NCBI GenBank assembly: GCA_004431415.1
Contig: QPMI01000609.1
Location: 62,001 to 126,000 of the forward strand
Source: Cyanophora paradoxa CCMP329
Taxonomy: Eukaryota; Plantae; Glaucophyta
Direction: 5' to 3'
DNA length: 64,000 nt
In this document: positions 60,400 to 64,000 of the stretch, piece after piece
Position numbering within the stretch: position 1 is the stretch's first letter
Layout of the letters: each line of letters opens with the position of its first letter
Notes under the pieces: model-generated
What the model was told of the DNA's origin: nothing
Seen by the model: only the letters and a program-made list of their open reading frames with translations
Databases searched by the model: none
Program-made: the position numbers and the translations under genes

Positions 60400-61330
60400 G
60401 GCCAGGCGGAGCGGAGGCGCGGCGGCGCGGCTCGCCGCCGGGCCGGGCGGGGCGGAGGCGCAGCGGGCGGCTGGGCACTCTTGCTGGGCGGCGCGGGAGG
60501 TGCGGCGGGAGGCGGCGAGGCTCGCCACACGCGGCGGAGGCGCGGCGGGCGGCGGCGCGGCTCTCCGGGCGGGGCGGAGGCGCAGCTGGCGGCGGCGAGG
60601 CTCGCCGCACGGAGCGGGAGGTGCGGCGGGAGGCGCTGCGGCTCACGGGGCGAGGCGGAGGCGCGGCGGGCGGCGGAGAGGCTCTCCGGGCGGGCAGAGG
60701 CGCGGCGGGCGGCGGCGAGGCTCTCCGGGCGGGACGGAGGCGCGGCGGGCGGCGGGTATCTCGCCGGGCGGTGCGGGAGGCGCGGCGGGCGGCGACGAGG
60801 CTCGCCGCACGCGGCGGAGGCGCGGCGGGCGGCGGCGAGGCTCTCCGGGCGGGGCGGAGGCGGGGCGGGCGGCGGGGCATCTCTCCGGGCGGTGCGGGAG
60901 GCGCGGCGGGCGGCGACGAAGCTCGCCGCACGCGGCGGAGGCGCGGCGGGCGGAGGCGCGGCGGGCGGCGGGGCATCTCTCCGGGCGGTGCGGGAGGCGC
61001 GGCGGGCGGCGACGAGGCTCGCCGCACGCGGCGGAGGCGCGGCGGGCGGAGGCGCGGCGGGCGGCGGGCATCTCGCCGGGCGGTGCGGGAGGCGCGGCGG
61101 GCGGCGACGAAGCTCGCCGCACGCGGCGGAGGCGCGGCGGGCGGAGGCGGGGCGGGCGGCGGGGCATCTCGCCGGGCGGTGCGGGAGGCGCGGCGGGCGG
61201 CGACGAGGCTCGCCGCACGCGGCGGAGGCGCGGCGGGCGGAGGCGGGGCGGGCGGCGGGGCATCTCGCCGGGCGGTGCGGGAGGCGCGGTCGGGCGGCGG
61301 CGAGGCTCGCCGCACGCGGCGGAGGTGGGG
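60400..61330. repeat. Extremely GC-rich minisatellite, ~96-bp period in its right half
   Basis: CATCTC marker at 60878, 60974, 61069, 61165 and 61261. Confidence 0.9.
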
Positions 61331-61816
61331 TGGAGCGGGGCGGGGCAGCCGCGGGGCGGGGCGGGGCGGCCGCGGCGCCGGCCCGGCGACTTTAGCTGCT
61401 GGGCTTCCCCAAGGCTCTAGCCGCGTGCAGTCGCATGTTTTCCTTCTTTAAGACGTATGAGCGCCCTCAGGACGCGCCCCGTTCAGAGCTCCACCCGCGG
61501 CACGCGGCGAAGTACGCCTAGCTATAGGTGCCCTCCGGGGGGGGATCCGGTTATCACGGCGTACCGCCGCGGCGGTCGGGCCGCGGACCTTGCTCAGGCC
61601 TCAGACGGAAGGTAAACCCGCACTAGCACCGGTTTTTCACTCAAGCGTAATGGGCCGGGCCCGCGCGCACCGTGGCACGAGGGGGAAGCCTGCAGCTCGA
61701 GCTTGCCCGGCTGCTCAAAGACGCAGTACTCCCAGCGACTTCCCGCTTTGGGATCAAGATGTACGTAGTCTAAATACTTCATTTGTATTCAAATACCAAG
61801 CTTCGCCGAACTTTCG

Positions 61817-61939
61817 GAACGTTCCGGACGATGAGCAGCGCTGATCGATGTTGAAGTAGAATTGATGATGAACTTAGAGAACTCAAGTCTACTACTCTGT
61901 TCTGAAGACTCATGTTAACGTGGATCGTCCGGAACGTTC
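61817..61939. repeat. 123-bp segment bounded by perfect 16-bp inverted repeats
   Basis: GAACGTTCCGGACGAT (61817-61832) and ATCGTCCGGAACGTTC (61924-61939). Confidence 0.8.
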
Positions 61940-62340
61940 ACGCTCGCCGCGAAAATCGGTGCACACACTCTTAAGATATAGTTCTTTTAGAATCTCACTC
62001 ATTTATATCGAGATGAAGCTCTGCTGGCTCGCTCTGTCGCCGCGATCGATCGGCGTGACCATCAACCAAGGGGCCCCGGCGAAGGCGCGGCACCCAGGCG
62101 CGCGGCACAGGCTCTGCTGGGGCCGGGAAAGCGACAAACGAAAGCTATTTGAGTGCTTCAAATGCTTTACAAGGCAGCAGGCGCCGGTCGGGCCGGGCCG
62201 GCAGGGGTGGGGCCCCTCAAACGCCCGCCCCCCTGCCACCCGCGCCCCTGCCACCCCTGCTGCCCGCCGAGCCTCCTCCCCGTCCGATGAGCCGAGCCGC
62301 CGCCCGCCGCGCCCCCGCCCCATGCGGCGAGCCCCCGCCC

Positions 62341-62845
62341 GGATGCAGGCGCGGGGCCGGCCCTGGGGAGGACGGGCGTGGTTCCGCGCGCGGGCCCATC
62401 GATATCATTCTCATGCATATGATCAGGTGCCCCCCTCCGTGGCTCACTCCCTCGATGCGATTCTTCTGTGTCGCGCCCGGCGGCCCCTGCTCACCTTATA
62501 TAAACTGACTCCCAATGTAATAGATGTCGCAGTGCTCGGATGCAGGCGCGGGGCCCGCCCTGGGGAGGACGGGCGTGGTTCCGCGCGCGGGCCCATCATT
62601 CTCAGGTGCCCCCCTCACTCCCTCGATGCGATTCTTCTGTGTCGCGCCCGGCGGCCCCGGCTCACCTTATATAAACTGAATCCCAATGTAATAGATGTTG
62701 TTTCGCAGTGCTCGGATGCAGGCGCGGGGCCCGCCATGGGGAGGACGGGCGTGGCTCCGCGGGCCCATCATTCTCAGGTGCCCCCCTCACTCCCTCGATG
62801 CGATTCTTCTGTGTCGCGCCCGGCGAACCCCGGCTCACCTTATAT
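62341..62845. repeat. ~180-200-bp tandem repeat, ~2.7 copies
   Basis: GGATGCAGGCGCGGG starts at 62341, 62538 and 62714; each copy carries GCTCACCTTATAT. Confidence 0.9.
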
Positions 62846-62934
62846 TAGAGTGATAGTATCAGCTTCTGGAAGCCCGGATGTATGAACTTGACCTTCGCGG
62901 CCCGCTTTATAGCTAGCTAACTGTAATGAATTCT

Positions 62935-63340
62935 GGACATTGTCTTGAGATTGTGCGTATATTCCATGGGATCGAAATGTCGAGATTCGAGGAGATAATG
63001 GGGATAATGTCAAAACCGGGGCCCCGGCTCATCTCACCAAAATTTCGCCAGAATATCCGTGATTCTCGAGATTGTGCGCGAATTTCGGGGGAAATGTCAA
63101 AACCGGAAACCGGCGTGGCCCGACTTCTCGCCAGAATTTCACCAGAATTTCGCCAGAATATTCGTGATTCTCGAGATTGTGCGCGAATTTCGGGGGAAAT
63201 GTCAAACCCGGAAACCGGCGTGGGCCCGACTTCTCGCCGGAATCTCACCAGAATTTCGCCAGAATATTCGTGATTCTCGAGATTGTGCGCGAATTCGGAG
63301 GAAAATGTCAAATCGGCAAACGCTTTGGCCCGACCCCGAG
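62935..63340. repeat. 105-bp tandem repeat with internal 11-bp TTC(G/A)CCAGAAT subrepeats
   Basis: AATGTCAAA at ~63007, 63093, 63198 and 63304. Confidence 0.9.
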
Positions 63341-63469
63341 TTCTAATTCTCTCTCAAAATTTTATCGCCGGCCTCGCTCGTCGCGATTTTTCGCTCTCGT
63401 TCTTCTGTATTTTCTGTATTTCTGTAGTGTATGTGCTCGAGTGTGGTTTTCAAGAAGGACAGGGATGCA

Positions 63470-64000
63470 AGGCGGGGTGCGCCGCGGCGGAGCGGGGCGG
63501 GCAGGGGCCGGCGCGGGGCGCGATCCCGGAGTCCGGCCTGTGCGCGGGCGTCAGCGCGGCTCGCGGCGGGCGGGGAGGCGGCGGGGGCGGCGCGGACCTG
63601 GCCTCAGCCCCGTCGGCCAGGCGGGGCGCGCCGCGGCGGGGCGGGGCGGGCAGGGGCCGGCGCGGGGCGCGATCCGGCCTGTGTGCGGGCGTCAGCGCAG
63701 CTCGCAGCGGCGGGAAGGCGGCGAGGGCGGCGCGGACCTGGCCTCAGCCCCGTCGGCGAGGCGGGGCGCGCCGCGGCGGGGCGGGGCGGGCAGGGGCCGG
63801 CGCGGGGCGCGATCCGTCCTGCGCGCGGGCGTCAGCGCGGCTCGTGCCGGGCGGGGAGGCGGCGGGGGCGGCGCGGACCTGGCCTCAGCCCCGTCGGCGA
63901 GGCGGGGCGCGCCGCGGCGGGCGGGGCGGGCAGGGGCCGGCGCGGGGCGCGATCCGGCCTGCGCGCGGGCGTCAGCGCGGCTCGTGGCGGGCGGGGAGGC
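63470..64000. repeat. ~140-bp GC-rich tandem repeat running off the window
   Basis: GCCTCAGCCCC at 63601, 63741 and 63882. Confidence 0.9.

Noticed and set aside
61860-61910. C/D snoRNA (ATGATGA...CTGA)
   Set aside because: Boxes only ~30 nt apart, with no adjacent terminal stem or recognisable guide.

Overview
Very GC-rich eukaryotic nuclear DNA with dense short spliceosomal introns (mostly 36-90 nt, donor GTGCGC/GTACGC/GTCCGC, some GC-AG). The style resembles a glaucophyte such as Cyanophora, but this is inference only. Most ORFs in the supplied track are GC artefacts or exon fragments. 1-21 kb is gene-dense: an Sfi1-repeat-like protein (running off the left edge), SMG9, a STEEP1/UPF0428-DUF167 fusion, a hypothetical gene, TFIIH p44 (GTF2H2/SSL1), a DUF3245-like K-rich protein, and two related, disrupted coiled-coil-RING genes with different N-termini. 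22-36 kb holds duplicated fragments and two paralogous Ala/Glu coiled-coil genes. 36.0-58.4 kb is a tandem array of about 7.5 copies of a ~2.9-kb unit built from decayed spliced-gene pieces and palindromes. 58.4-64 kb is a mosaic of tandem repeats. The most striking observation is a pervasive mutational signature. Most duplicated sequences that can be compared differ by small insertions turning a 3-mer (or 2-mer) X into X-revcomp(X)-X, and intergenic DNA is saturated with such motifs. This resembles hairpin-derived (P-nucleotide-like) repair or excision footprints.
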